Source: an uncultured Psychromonas sp. (GTDB lineage: Bacteria; Pseudomonadota; Gammaproteobacteria; Enterobacterales; Psychromonadaceae). Taken from it: 64,000 nt of DNA. A program made the translations under genes and the position numbers. The number at the start of each line of letters is the position of its first letter. The stretch's first letter is position 1. Positions 40,223 to 51,033 of this stretch are shown here, piece after piece. Where the stretch lies: positions 580,771-644,770 of the forward strand of contig OY821666.1 of the NCBI GenBank assembly GCA_963682165.1. The letters are read 5' to 3'. The notes beneath the pieces were generated by a model. It searched no databases and had not been told where the DNA came from. It saw nothing but the letters and a program-made list of their open reading frames with translations.

Positions 40223-40500
40223 TATACCCATGCGACGATCAAAATGCACCGTCAGCCGCTCACTCTATAATCAGAGTAAGGCGCAGTCTGAGGTAATGGG
40301 GACGTACGCATCGAATGTTGCAACGCAAGGCTGCTTGCTTTCATATAAAAACCGAGCCAGGCACCAAAGGCCGTGGCTCCTTGCTTAAGTTTGCATTGTT
40401 ATAAAATATCAATCGATAATAACTATACTTCAATTTTGTGCCTCGCATATCGGCACAATTTGCCTTGCTGATTTTGCATTTCGAAGTAACATGGGTTTAT
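40223..40500. mobile_element. TATACCCATG MITE
   Basis: Terminal inverted repeats and shared interior. Confidence 0.8.
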
Positions 40501-40684
40501 ACCCGAGCCACCCAGAAATGCAATATTAGATTGGCAACTTTTACGGAGCAATGAAGTTATAAAATTTTCGCTTTGAATTGACTAGTTTCCCTTGGCGCCA
40601 TTTACTAACCTAAAAAATAATGCAATTGTTTTTAAATAATGCTATTTTACTGTAGGAGTAAAAACAATATAAGGAATATATATA

Positions 40685-40897
40685 ATGACAGTTAATAATG
40701 GCGTAAGGATGTTAGCAGGCGTAATGGTACTAATTTCTGTGTTGTTAACGCATTTTGTGCACCCAGCATTCGTGTGGTTAACAGTATTTATTGGCGTGAA
40801 CTTATTGCAAAGTGCTTTTACGGGGATTTGTCCTGCTGCGTTTTTCTTAAAAAAACTGGGCTTTAAATCAGAAAGCGACTGTAAAACAGAGAAATAA
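40685..40897 (+). CDS. DUF2892 (YgaP-like) small membrane protein
   Basis: VRMLAG...NLLQSAFTGICP motif. Confidence 0.85.
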   Translation: MTVNNGVRMLAGVMVLISVLLTHFVHPAFVWLTVFIGVNLLQSAFTGICPAAFFLKKLGFKSESDCKTEK

Positions 40898-41064
40898 AAA
40901 GTCATTTATAGCAGTTCCCGTTCAAGGGAACAAATTAAGCAAGCGATGAGGCAAACAGCACAGTTACCTTTTAGGAGATTAACTGAGTTTATCTTACCGC
41001 TTGAATAATATTGGGTATAATCCAGCGTTAAATAGCTTAACTTGTTTTCAATTAACTCGTAAAA

Positions 41065-41622
41065 TTAATTGTTACGCTCTATATTATCAAGATCATCATC
41101 TATATTATCAAGATTATCATCTATATTATCCATTTCATCACCAATTTCTAATGGCTCAGGTGATATGATGATGCCAGTACTGTCTGCATAAAGAATATCT
41201 TCAGGTAAGAAAGTAACTCCAGCAAAATTAACAGGTACGTTGGTTTTACCAATATCTGTATCTTCAGCGCCGACGGGAATTGCGGTAATGGCTTGAATGC
41301 CGATATCTAATTCTTCTAGAATATCAACTTCACGTACACAACCGTTTACAACGATACCCTCCCAGCAATTTTCAACAGCCAGCTCGGCAATATGCGCATT
41401 AATCAGGGCACACTTTAGCGAGCCCCCACCATCGATTAACAATACCTTTCCAGCACCATTTGTTTCGAGCATTTTATAAATTAATCCAAGAGATTCGAAA
41501 CACTTTATTGTGACAACTTCACCTGCAAAAGAATCTCTGCTACCGAAATTTGTTAGTAACGGCTCAATAACATCGATGGTATCTGCATAAATGTCGCAAA
41601 GCTGAGAAGTATTATATTGCAT
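41065..41622 (-). CDS. rraA: Ribonuclease E activity regulator RraA
   Basis: [28 protein letters not shown] and [12 protein letters not shown]. Confidence 0.92.
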   Translation of the reverse strand: MQYNTSQLCDIYADTIDVIEPLLTNFGSRDSFAGEVVTIKCFESLGLIYKMLETNGAGKVLLIDGGGSLKCALINAHIAELAVENCWEGIVVNGCVREVDILEELDIGIQAITAIPVGAEDTDIGKTNVPVNFAGVTFLPEDILYADSTGIIISPEPLEIGDEMDNIDDNLDNIDDDLDNIERNN

Positions 41623-41719
41623 GGTAGGTTCACCTGTTTTTATTGAAACTGTTAAATATTATACGCTGGATAAAATGAAATGCAAAGCGTGAAAGATAAA
41701 TTTAATAAACATAAAACTG

Positions 41720-42178
41720 CTAATCTAGTTCGTTAAAAAACGATCGATCAAATGATTTCTCACAATAATGACATTTTAGCTTTAACGTTATATTTTTTTG
41801 TACGTAAAAAGTCGTATTAACCGGCTCGTGACGGCTTATGCAATTACTATTTGGGCATGAAAGCATGCCAATAAAAGAAGGCGGTAAGTTTACCTTGAAT
41901 TTGTGGACAACTTTAAAATTTTTTATTTGATTGATGGTTGCATTAGGAGTAAAAAGCGCCAGTTGATTTGCTTGTGTATCAGTGATGAACAAATTTTCAA
42001 TTTTAATTAAGTCTTTGCTTTGCCCATTATGTGTTGGCAAGTTTAAACCGATGGTGATTTTTTCATTTTTATTACTAAATTGAAAAAACTTTAATATCTT
42101 AATGCCTTGTTGCACCGTAATATGATCGATGACAGAGCCTTGTTTAATGGCTTCAACCTGTAGTTTTCTCTGTATCAT
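41720..42178 (-). CDS. pyrI: Aspartate carbamoyltransferase regulatory chain
   Basis: [29 protein letters not shown] and CHYCEK. Confidence 0.95.
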   Translation of the reverse strand: MIQRKLQVEAIKQGSVIDHITVQQGIKILKFFQFSNKNEKITIGLNLPTHNGQSKDLIKIENLFITDTQANQLALFTPNATINQIKNFKVVHKFKVNLPPSFIGMLSCPNSNCISRHEPVNTTFYVQKNITLKLKCHYCEKSFDRSFFNELD

Positions 42179-43116
42179 TGTGCATCACCTTTTGGAAATT
42201 CATTGGTTAATAATAAAGCTAGAAGTGCTTGTCGTGCGTAAATAGCATCTTTTGCTTGTTGGAAATAATAAGCATACGGCGTAGTGTCGATATCATTCTC
42301 AATTTCATCAATACGTGGCAAGGGGTGTAAAATACGCAAATTATCACGGACATTTTCCAACATTGATTTTTTCAACACAAATGTTGATTTTATGTGCAGA
42401 TATTTCGTTTCATCAAAGCGTTCTTTTTGTACCCTAGTCATGTAAATAATATCGAGTGAATCGATAACCTCTTCGATGCTTTTGTGCATTGAATAACTAA
42501 TGTTTTGCTTATCTAGGTCTTCTAAAATGTAATCAGGCATTGCAAGAGAATCTGGCGAAATAAAAAATAACTTGCAGCTAAAAAGGGCAGTTGCTTGTAC
42601 TAATGAATGTACTGTTCGACCATATTTAAGGTCGCCAACGAAAGCAATATTAAGGTTTTCTAATGTTTTTTGTGTTTCAAATATTGCAAATAAATCAAGG
42701 ACTGTTTGCGTTGGATGCTGATTTGCACCGTCGCCTGCATTAATAACAGGAATATCAACAAATTCAGCTGCAAGACGCGCAGCCCCCTCTTTAGGATGAC
42801 GTATAAAAAAAGCATCTGCATAAGAGCCGATAACTTTTACCGAGTCTGCAAGTGTTTCTCCTTTTTGAGAAAGTGAAATATTGCTGGCATTATCAAAACC
42901 AATCACATTACCGCCAAGGCGCAGCACAGCAGCTTCAAATGATAACCTGGTGCGCGTTGATGCTTCAAAAAAACAGCTAGCGATCACCTTGTTTTTTAAA
43001 AGTGCAGGTTGTGGTGTTTCTTTTAAAGATTTTGCAACATTCAAGATGAGCTTTAACTCATCGCGAGATAGATCAGAGATAGAAATAATATTTTTTTTAA
43101 ATAAGGGATTATTCAT
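42175..43116 (-). CDS. pyrB: Aspartate carbamoyltransferase catalytic chain
   Basis: [30 protein letters not shown] and HPLPR. Confidence 0.97.
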   Translation of the reverse strand: MNNPLFKKNIISISDLSRDELKLILNVAKSLKETPQPALLKNKVIASCFFEASTRTRLSFEAAVLRLGGNVIGFDNASNISLSQKGETLADSVKVIGSYADAFFIRHPKEGAARLAAEFVDIPVINAGDGANQHPTQTVLDLFAIFETQKTLENLNIAFVGDLKYGRTVHSLVQATALFSCKLFFISPDSLAMPDYILEDLDKQNISYSMHKSIEEVIDSLDIIYMTRVQKERFDETKYLHIKSTFVLKKSMLENVRDNLRILHPLPRIDEIENDIDTTPYAYYFQQAKDAIYARQALLALLLTNEFPKGDAQ

Positions 43117-43150
43117 TACCTGCGACTCTTTTTGGTAAGTGATAAATGAT

Positions 43151-43588
43151 TATACCCATGTGATGATCAAGGTGCAAAATAAGATCTACAAATGTGCAGC
43201 AGATTCGCGACCTTAAACTGGCTTCTCGATAATTAATGTCGCCTAATCACCGAGATAGGCGATATGCCAGGCCAGGATCTGCGGTCTTTTGCGACCGCCT
43301 GATAATTCATCTTCCTGTTTCATGGGTATGTAATATACCCATGAAATCCAGAAATGCAATATCAGCAAGGCATAAAATTGAAGTATAGTTATTATCAGTC
43401 GATATTTTATAACAATGCAAATTGGTGCAAGGATCCTTGCCAGTTGGTGCGCTAACTCGGTTTTTATATGATCGGTAGCAGCCTTGCGTTGCAACATTCA
43501 ATGCGATAATAACCATTACCTCATGTTGCGCCTTACTCTTATTATCGAGTCCGCAGCCGACGTTGCATTTTGAGGTAACATGGGTATA
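43151..43588. mobile_element. Two adjacent TATACCCATG MITEs (43151-43329 with a different interior; 43334-43588)
   Basis: Two pairs of terminal inverted repeats upstream of pyrB. Confidence 0.8.
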
Positions 43589-43929
43589 GACCCGCATTTT
43601 TTATTAGCCAAACCTTGTTTAACCCAGAAATAAACCGAGTGAGCAGAGCATTTGATTCATTAACTAGTTTATAAAGCATTAAAAGCAACTACTGGTGAAG
43701 GTGAAAAGCAAGAGATACATGGATTTTTAAAAGCCAATTATTAACTTTTAAATAACTTTTAAATCCTTTATGTGCTTTCATCCATGTCCGCTATGGAGCA
43801 TACTTTATGGCTAGTTTGCCAAAAAATGCCAGATTTACATCATCAGGAATATACTCATCAACACTACCTTGTTCAACAATAAAGCCAGTTGCGCCTAGGC
43901 TAATCTGCAACTACGCGCGACTTAGGCTT

Positions 43930-44253
43930 TTATTTATTGTGGCTGGGTTTCTTTTTATCAGTTTTAACGGCCTTAACATTTGTTTCAGCAGAACACGTCC
44001 ATCCCCACCCAGTTAACTTTTTAGCAAACTCTTTAGCTTTACTTTCACAATAGCCAACCTTGTTTTTGGCATTCCACAAAATTTTATGGCCATCAGATTT
44101 GGTATATTTTACTTCACAAGGAACTTTGCTATCAGGATGGCTATAAATAACTTCTACAATACGTTGCGAAGTTCCATTTTTACAAACATATTTATCTTGT
44201 GCGTACGAAGAAAAAGCTAAAACAGATAAAATTAAAAACAAAATTGATTTCAT
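43930..44253 (-). CDS. Small secreted hypothetical protein
   Basis: Signal peptide; four cysteines (YVC, VPCEV.Y, GYCE, GWTC). Confidence 0.75.
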   Translation of the reverse strand: MKSILFLILSVLAFSSYAQDKYVCKNGTSQRIVEVIYSHPDSKVPCEVKYTKSDGHKILWNAKNKVGYCESKAKEFAKKLTGWGWTCSAETNVKAVKTDKKKPSHNK

Positions 44254-44636
44254 AACAACTCCAAAAAATAATAAGGTTTATGTCTCACACAGCGCCTGTA
44301 ATGGAAACGTAGCGTTGGTTAACATACAACGGGTAAACTATACTCTTTTATTGGACATTACAAGGCAAAATACAACAAAATATCAGCATACTTTAACAAT
44401 TTAACAATAAGGAAAAACAACCAAAATTAAAGATGTCATTTAGAATATACCGCATAATCTGTTAATTCATAAGATTTATTTTGCTAACAAAAAATTATTT
44501 GAAAATAAAGTTACATTTAATATGCGTCTGTCACATAATTTAGGAGCGCAATGACAGCTGAATATTAGAGCTATTTTATTGCTCAATACGGCAGACGGCA
44601 GTTTTTTTGGAGTGTCCTTCTGAGTATGTCAAGGTA

Positions 44637-45869
44637 CTACGCATCCGCGTAATTATCTTTATACAGATTAACTACCCGAATGCGCTCTTTTAGCAATTCA
44701 TTTTTTATTTCCTTACCTTTAAAGCCTTTATCAACAATAGCTTTAACATCAACATTGTCAGCGACTAAAAATGCTTGCCAGATATAGTCAGCGCTCGGAT
44801 ATGGCTTATTTTCTAATCCTGCTCTTCCTTTTGAATCGGCAATACCACATTCTAGCACCTGTAAAAAACGTTGAGGTTTTCGCCAAGCATCACATTTATC
44901 CATTAGCTTTAATAACGTTGGAGCCCTAAGCGATAAACCGCGATGAATTAAGGTGTGATGTTCACAAACAAGCAAGGCAAGTTCTCGGCAATTATTTGGT
45001 ATTTTTAAACGCTCACATAATGCATTAATTACAGGCAATCCTAGCAGCTCATGCTTTTTATGACTTGGCCATTTTTCAGGTGGCGTTAATGCTTTCCCTA
45101 AGTCATGCACCGAGCAAGCAAAGCGAAATGCAATCTCGGTAGATAATTTCACTGATTGTTCGATTACCATTAAGGTATGAATACCAGTATCAATTTCAGG
45201 GTGCCATTTTTTAGGGGCTGGAATACCAAAAAGTCGATCAATTTCAGGAAATAAAACTTTTAAAGCGCCGCAATCACGCAATACTTGAAAATAAATTTGG
45301 GGGCTTGGTGTTTGTAATGCTTTTGCTGTTTCTTGCCAAACTCGTTCACAGGTTAAGTCTGACAACTCGCCTGAAAGTGTTAAAGACTTCATTAATGCAA
45401 GTGTTTCTGTGGCAATGCTAAAACCTAATTTGTAAAATCGAGCAGCAAAACGTGCAACCCGTAAAACACGTAATGGATCTTCACTAAAAGCTGGAGAAAT
45501 ATGACGCAATGTTTTTTCTTTTATATCTTGCAGACCGTTATGTAGATCAATTAATTTTCCATCTTTGCACTGAGCAATCGCATTAATTGTAATGTCGCGC
45601 CGTATTAAATCATCTTCTAATGAAACATCCGCCCCTGTATAGCATTCAAAACCTGTGTATCCAACACCTTGTTTTCGTTCTTTGCGCGCCAGCGCATATT
45701 CATCGCCCGTTTTAGGATGCAAAAAAACAGGAAAGTCTTTTCCTACCAGCTTGTAATTTAATGAGATAAGTTCATCTGGGCTACTGCCAACGATAATATA
45801 ATCTTTATCTTTGACTTCAAGTTTTAATAATTTATCGCGGACAGCGCCTCCGACCAAAAACACCTGCAT
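44637..45869 (-). CDS. cca: Multifunctional CCA tRNA nucleotidyltransferase
   Basis: LVGGAVRD, DKDY, EDDLIRRDITINA, EDPLRVLR and HD domain (VHDLGK). Confidence 0.96.
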   Translation of the reverse strand: MQVFLVGGAVRDKLLKLEVKDKDYIIVGSSPDELISLNYKLVGKDFPVFLHPKTGDEYALARKERKQGVGYTGFECYTGADVSLEDDLIRRDITINAIAQCKDGKLIDLHNGLQDIKEKTLRHISPAFSEDPLRVLRVARFAARFYKLGFSIATETLALMKSLTLSGELSDLTCERVWQETAKALQTPSPQIYFQVLRDCGALKVLFPEIDRLFGIPAPKKWHPEIDTGIHTLMVIEQSVKLSTEIAFRFACSVHDLGKALTPPEKWPSHKKHELLGLPVINALCERLKIPNNCRELALLVCEHHTLIHRGLSLRAPTLLKLMDKCDAWRKPQRFLQVLECGIADSKGRAGLENKPYPSADYIWQAFLVADNVDVKAIVDKGFKGKEIKNELLKERIRVVNLYKDNYADA

Positions 45870-46137
45870 TACCCCCCCCTATGAATCCCCATGAAATCCA
45901 TGATACTTGCTTTATATATTAAGCGTATTATATACTTATGTAACTTTAAAGTGCAAAAAGCAAGGTAAATTTGGTTTGTTTTTTAAAAAATAAATCCGTT
46001 TGATAGTTCGGGTCTTTTTTATGAAATGAGACTTCTGCTATGTTAAAGTATTAGATAAGTACTCGTTTTTAAAGTATCTTGAATAAATAATTGGTTTCGT
46101 AAAAAATTAATCCCACAATCTATTTTGGATCATAACA

Positions 46138-47037
46138 ATGTATCAAGCGTTCTTTTCATTACAAAAATCACCTTTTCGCCTTGCACCAGATCCTTCTTTT
46201 TTATTTTTAAGTAATCAACATAAAGAGGGCATTGCGCATTTAGCTTATGGATTACAAGAAAATGGCGGCTTTGTTGTGTTAACAGGCAAATCTGGCACTG
46301 GAAAAACAATGATTTGCCATCATTTAGTGAAACATATAAAAAATAAGGTTGATCTCGCATTTATTACTGATCCTGCGCAAAACGATAATGAACTACTAGC
46401 CTCAATATGCACAGCATTTAACATTTATTTTGATGTAAATAAAAAAACCAACAAAAGCCTTTTTAACGTACTTTCGTCATGGATGTTAGAAAATCATCAT
46501 AACGGGCGAAAAGCGGTAGTTTTGATTGATGAAGCACAAAGGCTTTCATTTCAATCTCTTGAGCAATTAAGATTGTTAACGAATATTGAAACGAATAACC
46601 AAAAACCATTGCAGGTTATTTTAATTGGCAGGAATGAATTACAAAAAACATTGCAACAAAAAGCATTACGACAATTAACGCAGCGTATTACAGTGCATTA
46701 TCAACTACAGCCTTTTACTGCGCAAGAATCCTGTTTTTATATTCAGCATCGCTTAGATATAGCAGGCTCAAAATCGTCTATTTTTAAGCAATCAGCAATG
46801 AATAAAATAGCTAAAATTAGCCACGGTATTCCGAGTATTATTAATTTATTATGCGATAAATCATTATTATCGGCATTTAATCTACATAAAGCCAGTGTGG
46901 ATTTAACTGACATTAACAATGTTAAACTCGAAGTTTATGATCTTTACAAAGAGTCTTTTAGCGTAAAGAAATACGCTCTTACGTTTACTTATACGATACT
47001 CATTGCGCTGCTGATATTTCTTTATTCTATACATTGA
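46138..47037 (+). CDS. ExeA-like AAA+ ATPase, short paralog (no periplasmic part)
   Basis: GKSGTGKT, LIDEAQ, LRLLTN, QVILIG and GIPSIINLLCD; ends after one TM. Confidence 0.85.
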   Translation: MYQAFFSLQKSPFRLAPDPSFLFLSNQHKEGIAHLAYGLQENGGFVVLTGKSGTGKTMICHHLVKHIKNKVDLAFITDPAQNDNELLASICTAFNIYFDVNKKTNKSLFNVLSSWMLENHHNGRKAVVLIDEAQRLSFQSLEQLRLLTNIETNNQKPLQVILIGRNELQKTLQQKALRQLTQRITVHYQLQPFTAQESCFYIQHRLDIAGSKSSIFKQSAMNKIAKISHGIPSIINLLCDKSLLSAFNLHKASVDLTDINNVKLEVYDLYKESFSVKKYALTFTYTILIALLIFLYSIH

Positions 47038-47355
47038 TAAGCCTGAATATGTGCGGATACCAGTGACCAATAAAAGCAAAATGTTAGTGACTTATACTGA
47101 TCACTTTAAATAAGTGATTAATAATAATGCTAATGGCATTGTTTTACCTAGGTTATTTATTACATTAAATTTATTATCAAACGTTACACAAAAAAACGAG
47201 TAAATTATACCCGGAAATTGCTATAACTAATTGTTATTTTATTAATATTCCGATACAGTAGTGACTCATTTTAAGCTGTAATATTGATAAGTTATGTACT
47301 GTAATTGTTATTTTGGAATCAACAATACTTCTGCAAGGTTAAAATAATTTAAATT

Positions 47356-48969
47356 ATGTATAAACAATTTTTCTCTTTTGATGCCTCGCCTTTCTCTATT
47401 TCACCAGATCCGAATTTTCTTTTTTTAAGCTCTCGGCATAAAGAAGCCCTTATGAATTTACAACATGGCTTAAAAAATCGTGATGGAATTTTACTCCTAA
47501 CAGGGGAAGTGGGAACAGGGAAAACGATGATATCACGCTGTTTATTGCAAGCTCTCCCACCAACAACTGCCATAGCAAATGTTCAAAATTCTACTTTATC
47601 TGATACAGAGCTACTCGAAACATTGTGTGATCAATTTGCAATTAGCTATCAAAAGGATGAAATTTCATCGCTATTTAAAACATTGAAAAACTGGCTTATT
47701 CAAAATTATATTGAAAAAAAGGACGCGATTGTTGTTATTGATGAAGCACAACATATAAGCTTGCCAGCACTTGAAATAATAATTGAATTAACAGAAATAG
47801 AAATTAACAAGCAAAAAGTATTACAGGTTATTTTGATTGGGCAAACAGAGTTACAAGATAAATTAAAAGAAAAAGAGTTCCTTTTTTTAGCGCAAAAAAT
47901 TACCGTAAGGAATCACCTGTTACCATTGACTTGTTTAGAAACATCCAATTATATTCAGCATCGGCTTAACCTAGTTGGTAGTGCAAGTAGAATATTTACT
48001 GAAAATGCACTGAATTTAATTTACAAAATGAGCACTGGCATACCGAGGTTAATTAACATTTTATGCAACAGGTGCTTATTGACGGCTTACACTAACAATA
48101 GCCAATCTGTGACCTCTACTATGGTACAAAAAGCCGCTAAAGAATTACAATTCACCTCACCATATAAAGAAAAATCGCATGCAATAAGTAATCTACGATT
48201 ATTATTACTCATAGTATTACTCGGGTTATGCCTATTTAAAGCTGGATCTTATTTTGGTTATAACGTTTCTTTTTTAACTAAAGTTGTAACTAGGTTAATT
48301 GGACAAACCCCACAAGATAAAATAGTTAAAAGCGAAGTTAAAACTCATATCACTGGGTTTGCTAACTATAAAAACCTTGATTTATCTGCAGTATCATTCA
48401 ATGATGCATTAACAGATCTGTATGGTGTTTGGGGATATCAAATTAATAATAAAGACAAAGACAACCCATGCATGCAAGGTAAATCGATACACCTGAGTTG
48501 TTATACAAAATTATTTACTTTCGATAAATTAATGCATTTCAACTATCCAAGTGTTGTAAAATTAACAATTAAAAGTAGACCTGTGTACGTTGTGCTTTAT
48601 AAAATTAATGATAGCAAGCTACAATTATTGATCAAGGATCAATTAATAACCGTTTCAACTTCTTGGTTTAATGGTCACTGGAATGGAGATGCGACACTTT
48701 TATGGCAAGCCCCATTTTTATTAAAAGACGACTTAAAATTTGGACAACAAAACCAAAATATCGCTTGGCTGGCCAAAAATTTATCGAGCGCCAAGGATGA
48801 TAAAAAAATATATAAGCAAAATTTTGATTTAACATTATTAAAACAGGTAAAAAACTTTCAGCGCAGTCATGGTTTAAGTGCCAATGGTGTTGTCGGAACT
48901 GAAACATTAATGATGCTAATGCCTTTATTAAATCCTAATATCCCTCGTTTGATGAAAAAGGATCATTAA
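47356..48969 (+). CDS. exeA: T2SS-associated ExeA/GspA (AAA ATPase + peptidoglycan-binding domain)
   Basis: GEVGTGKT, IDEAQ and GIPRLIN; C-terminal FQRSHGLSANGVVG PG-binding motif. Confidence 0.9.
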   Translation: MYKQFFSFDASPFSISPDPNFLFLSSRHKEALMNLQHGLKNRDGILLLTGEVGTGKTMISRCLLQALPPTTAIANVQNSTLSDTELLETLCDQFAISYQKDEISSLFKTLKNWLIQNYIEKKDAIVVIDEAQHISLPALEIIIELTEIEINKQKVLQVILIGQTELQDKLKEKEFLFLAQKITVRNHLLPLTCLETSNYIQHRLNLVGSASRIFTENALNLIYKMSTGIPRLINILCNRCLLTAYTNNSQSVTSTMVQKAAKELQFTSPYKEKSHAISNLRLLLLIVLLGLCLFKAGSYFGYNVSFLTKVVTRLIGQTPQDKIVKSEVKTHITGFANYKNLDLSAVSFNDALTDLYGVWGYQINNKDKDNPCMQGKSIHLSCYTKLFTFDKLMHFNYPSVVKLTIKSRPVYVVLYKINDSKLQLLIKDQLITVSTSWFNGHWNGDATLLWQAPFLLKDDLKFGQQNQNIAWLAKNLSSAKDDKKIYKQNFDLTLLKQVKNFQRSHGLSANGVVGTETLMMLMPLLNPNIPRLMKKDH

Positions 48970-49790
48970 TGTCTACTATTTTACGCGCTTTACAAAAAAA
49001 CAAATTAGTCAACAATGCAGCTATGCTGCAGGAAGAGCCAAAGGAAAATATAGCATGGAAATTTTCTATTTTAAGTGGGTTAATCGTTATTATTATTTTA
49101 CTAAGTATAATACTATATACGCGTCTAACTCGCATGCCAGTGTCAAAAAATACCAGCAGACCTTTAAATCAGAACCCGATCACTAAAGTTGTTTTTTTGA
49201 CGCGAAAAATACCAAAGAAAGATACTGAACAAAAAATTATTTATATCGCTGCAAGCCATAAAAAAGTTAAAGGGGATGAAGTAACAATTGCATCTCCTGC
49301 GGTGACTGAGCCGTACGCGGGAAGCAAAAGTCTGTCCACTAAGTCAGAAACAAGTGAAATAAAACACCAAGAAACCGCCTCAGCACAAATGAATAAGCGT
49401 TTTGCATTAGCTGCTTCTTCAACAGATCATAAAAATGTAAGTACAGATATAAAAAATAAGCGGTCACAAAATACTAATGGCAATCATATACAAGATGCAC
49501 CAGATATAGAAGATATGCCTAGTAGTTTTCAACAAAGAGTCCCAACAATACACTATGAATCACATGTTTATTCGTCAGATAAAAAATATTCTAGTATTGA
49601 AATTAATGGCGAAAAATTAAAAGAAGGAGACATTGATAGCTCTGGAAAATTAAAAGTTGTTGATATTGAGGAGCAGAAAACTATTTTTCGCTTAGGGAGG
49701 AAAATTTTTAGCCTGAAATCGCTTGTAGATTGGAATAATCATACTAGAATGGCTAATAATAAAAAATATCATACTAGAATACATCATTAA
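48969..49790 (+). CDS. exeB: ExeB/GspB
   Basis: MSTILRALQK start, single TM, C-terminal YESHVYSSD...IEING.KLKEGD. Confidence 0.85.
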   Translation: MSTILRALQKNKLVNNAAMLQEEPKENIAWKFSILSGLIVIIILLSIILYTRLTRMPVSKNTSRPLNQNPITKVVFLTRKIPKKDTEQKIIYIAASHKKVKGDEVTIASPAVTEPYAGSKSLSTKSETSEIKHQETASAQMNKRFALAASSTDHKNVSTDIKNKRSQNTNGNHIQDAPDIEDMPSSFQQRVPTIHYESHVYSSDKKYSSIEINGEKLKEGDIDSSGKLKVVDIEEQKTIFRLGRKIFSLKSLVDWNNHTRMANNKKYHTRIHH

Positions 49791-49800
49791 AGATCACGTA

Positions 49801-50317
49801 TATACCCATGCTTTGTGAAAATGCAACGTCAGGTACGAGCTCGATGATCAAAGTAAGGCGCAACCGATGTAATGTGAACGTGCGCATAGAATGTTGAGCG
49901 CAAGGCTGCTACCGATCATATAAAAACTGGGTTCGGCTACGAAAGGCGCGGACAGAAGGGCAAGGATCCTTGCACCAATTTGCATCGTTATAAAATCTAC
50001 CACGATAATAACTAGACTTCAATTTTAGGCATCAAATATCGGTACAATTTGCCTTGCTGAAAATGCAATGTCAGGTATGAACTCGATGATCAATGATAAG
50101 GCGCAACATGAGGTAATGGTTATTATCGCATTGAATGTTGAACGCAAGGCTGCTACCGATCATATAAAAACCTAGTCCGGCCCAGAAGGGCGCTACTCCT
50201 TGTACCAATTTGCATCGTTATAAAATCTACCACGATAATAACTAGACTTCAATTTTAGGCATCAAATAAGCGGTCAATTTGTGGATTTGATATTGCATTT
50301 CTAAATAACATGGCTAT
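49801..50317. mobile_element. Head-to-tail MITE dimer
   Basis: Two consecutive interiors between one left and one degenerate right terminal repeat. Confidence 0.78.
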
Positions 50318-50334
50318 CACAGCTTATTTTTTGC

Positions 50335-50943
50335 TTACCAGTTGTTTTTTTTCTTTTTCCTACGAGGTAGCATTGGAATAAGTAAGCCTACAATTAGGCC
50401 AAAGAAAAGTAGGCCACCACCATTGAGCATCCACTCCATCTTGATACGCTGCTTTCTTGTTTTCTGGAGTAAGTCATTCTCTAAGTTTTTCGATTTGAGT
50501 GTTAAAACACTCTTTTCAAGTGTCGAGTTTTCCACTTGAAGTGTTTTAATTAGTGTTTTTTGGCTCGCAAGTTGATTTAAATTATCGCTTTGATTTGCCT
50601 TGTTGTTCTCTGTAAGAGCACTTAATTTTTTCTGTGTTGCGCTCAGTTGCGATTCAAGATTTGGAATGAGTGCTTGTGCAGGCAAAGTTGTTTGTAGATT
50701 ACTACCTAACACCCAGCCATTTTTATTACCTTGATATTTAATTTTCATAAATTTTGAGGCTTGGTCATATTGTAACATGTTAACCTTTTCACCCACTTTT
50801 ATTCTGCCAACAATACGAAACTCACTACCAGGGCCTGAATGAGTGTAAATATAAATGTTATCACTGACATAAAGAATTTTTGAATAGCTATTGAAACTTA
50901 ATATAAACGCAAAAGAAACGGCTATAAATTTAAATTTTTTCAA
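50335..50943 (-). CDS. TIGR04211-type SH3 domain protein (YgiM/HtrG)
   Basis: YVSDNIYIYTHSGPG, GWV, coiled coil, WMLNGGG...GLLIP. Confidence 0.85.
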   Translation of the reverse strand: MKKFKFIAVSFAFILSFNSYSKILYVSDNIYIYTHSGPGSEFRIVGRIKVGEKVNMLQYDQASKFMKIKYQGNKNGWVLGSNLQTTLPAQALIPNLESQLSATQKKLSALTENNKANQSDNLNQLASQKTLIKTLQVENSTLEKSVLTLKSKNLENDLLQKTRKQRIKMEWMLNGGGLLFFGLIVGLLIPMLPRRKKKKNNW

Positions 50944-50977
50944 GGAAGAGCTCCATACTTGAATGCATTATTTTAGT

Positions 50978-51003
50978 AAAAAAAGAGCATAAGCTCTTTT
51001 TTT
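50978..51003. terminator. Bidirectional intrinsic terminator
   Basis: AAAAAAGAGC-ATAA-GCTCTTTTTT. Confidence 0.7.
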
Positions 51004-51033
51004 ATTTTTTTTAATATTAATGGGGTATCTTTA

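Noticed and set aside
41070-41135. Acidic DNIDD repeats at the RraA C-terminus as a novel domain
   Set aside because: A short 21-bp slippage expansion in a naturally acidic tail; low significance
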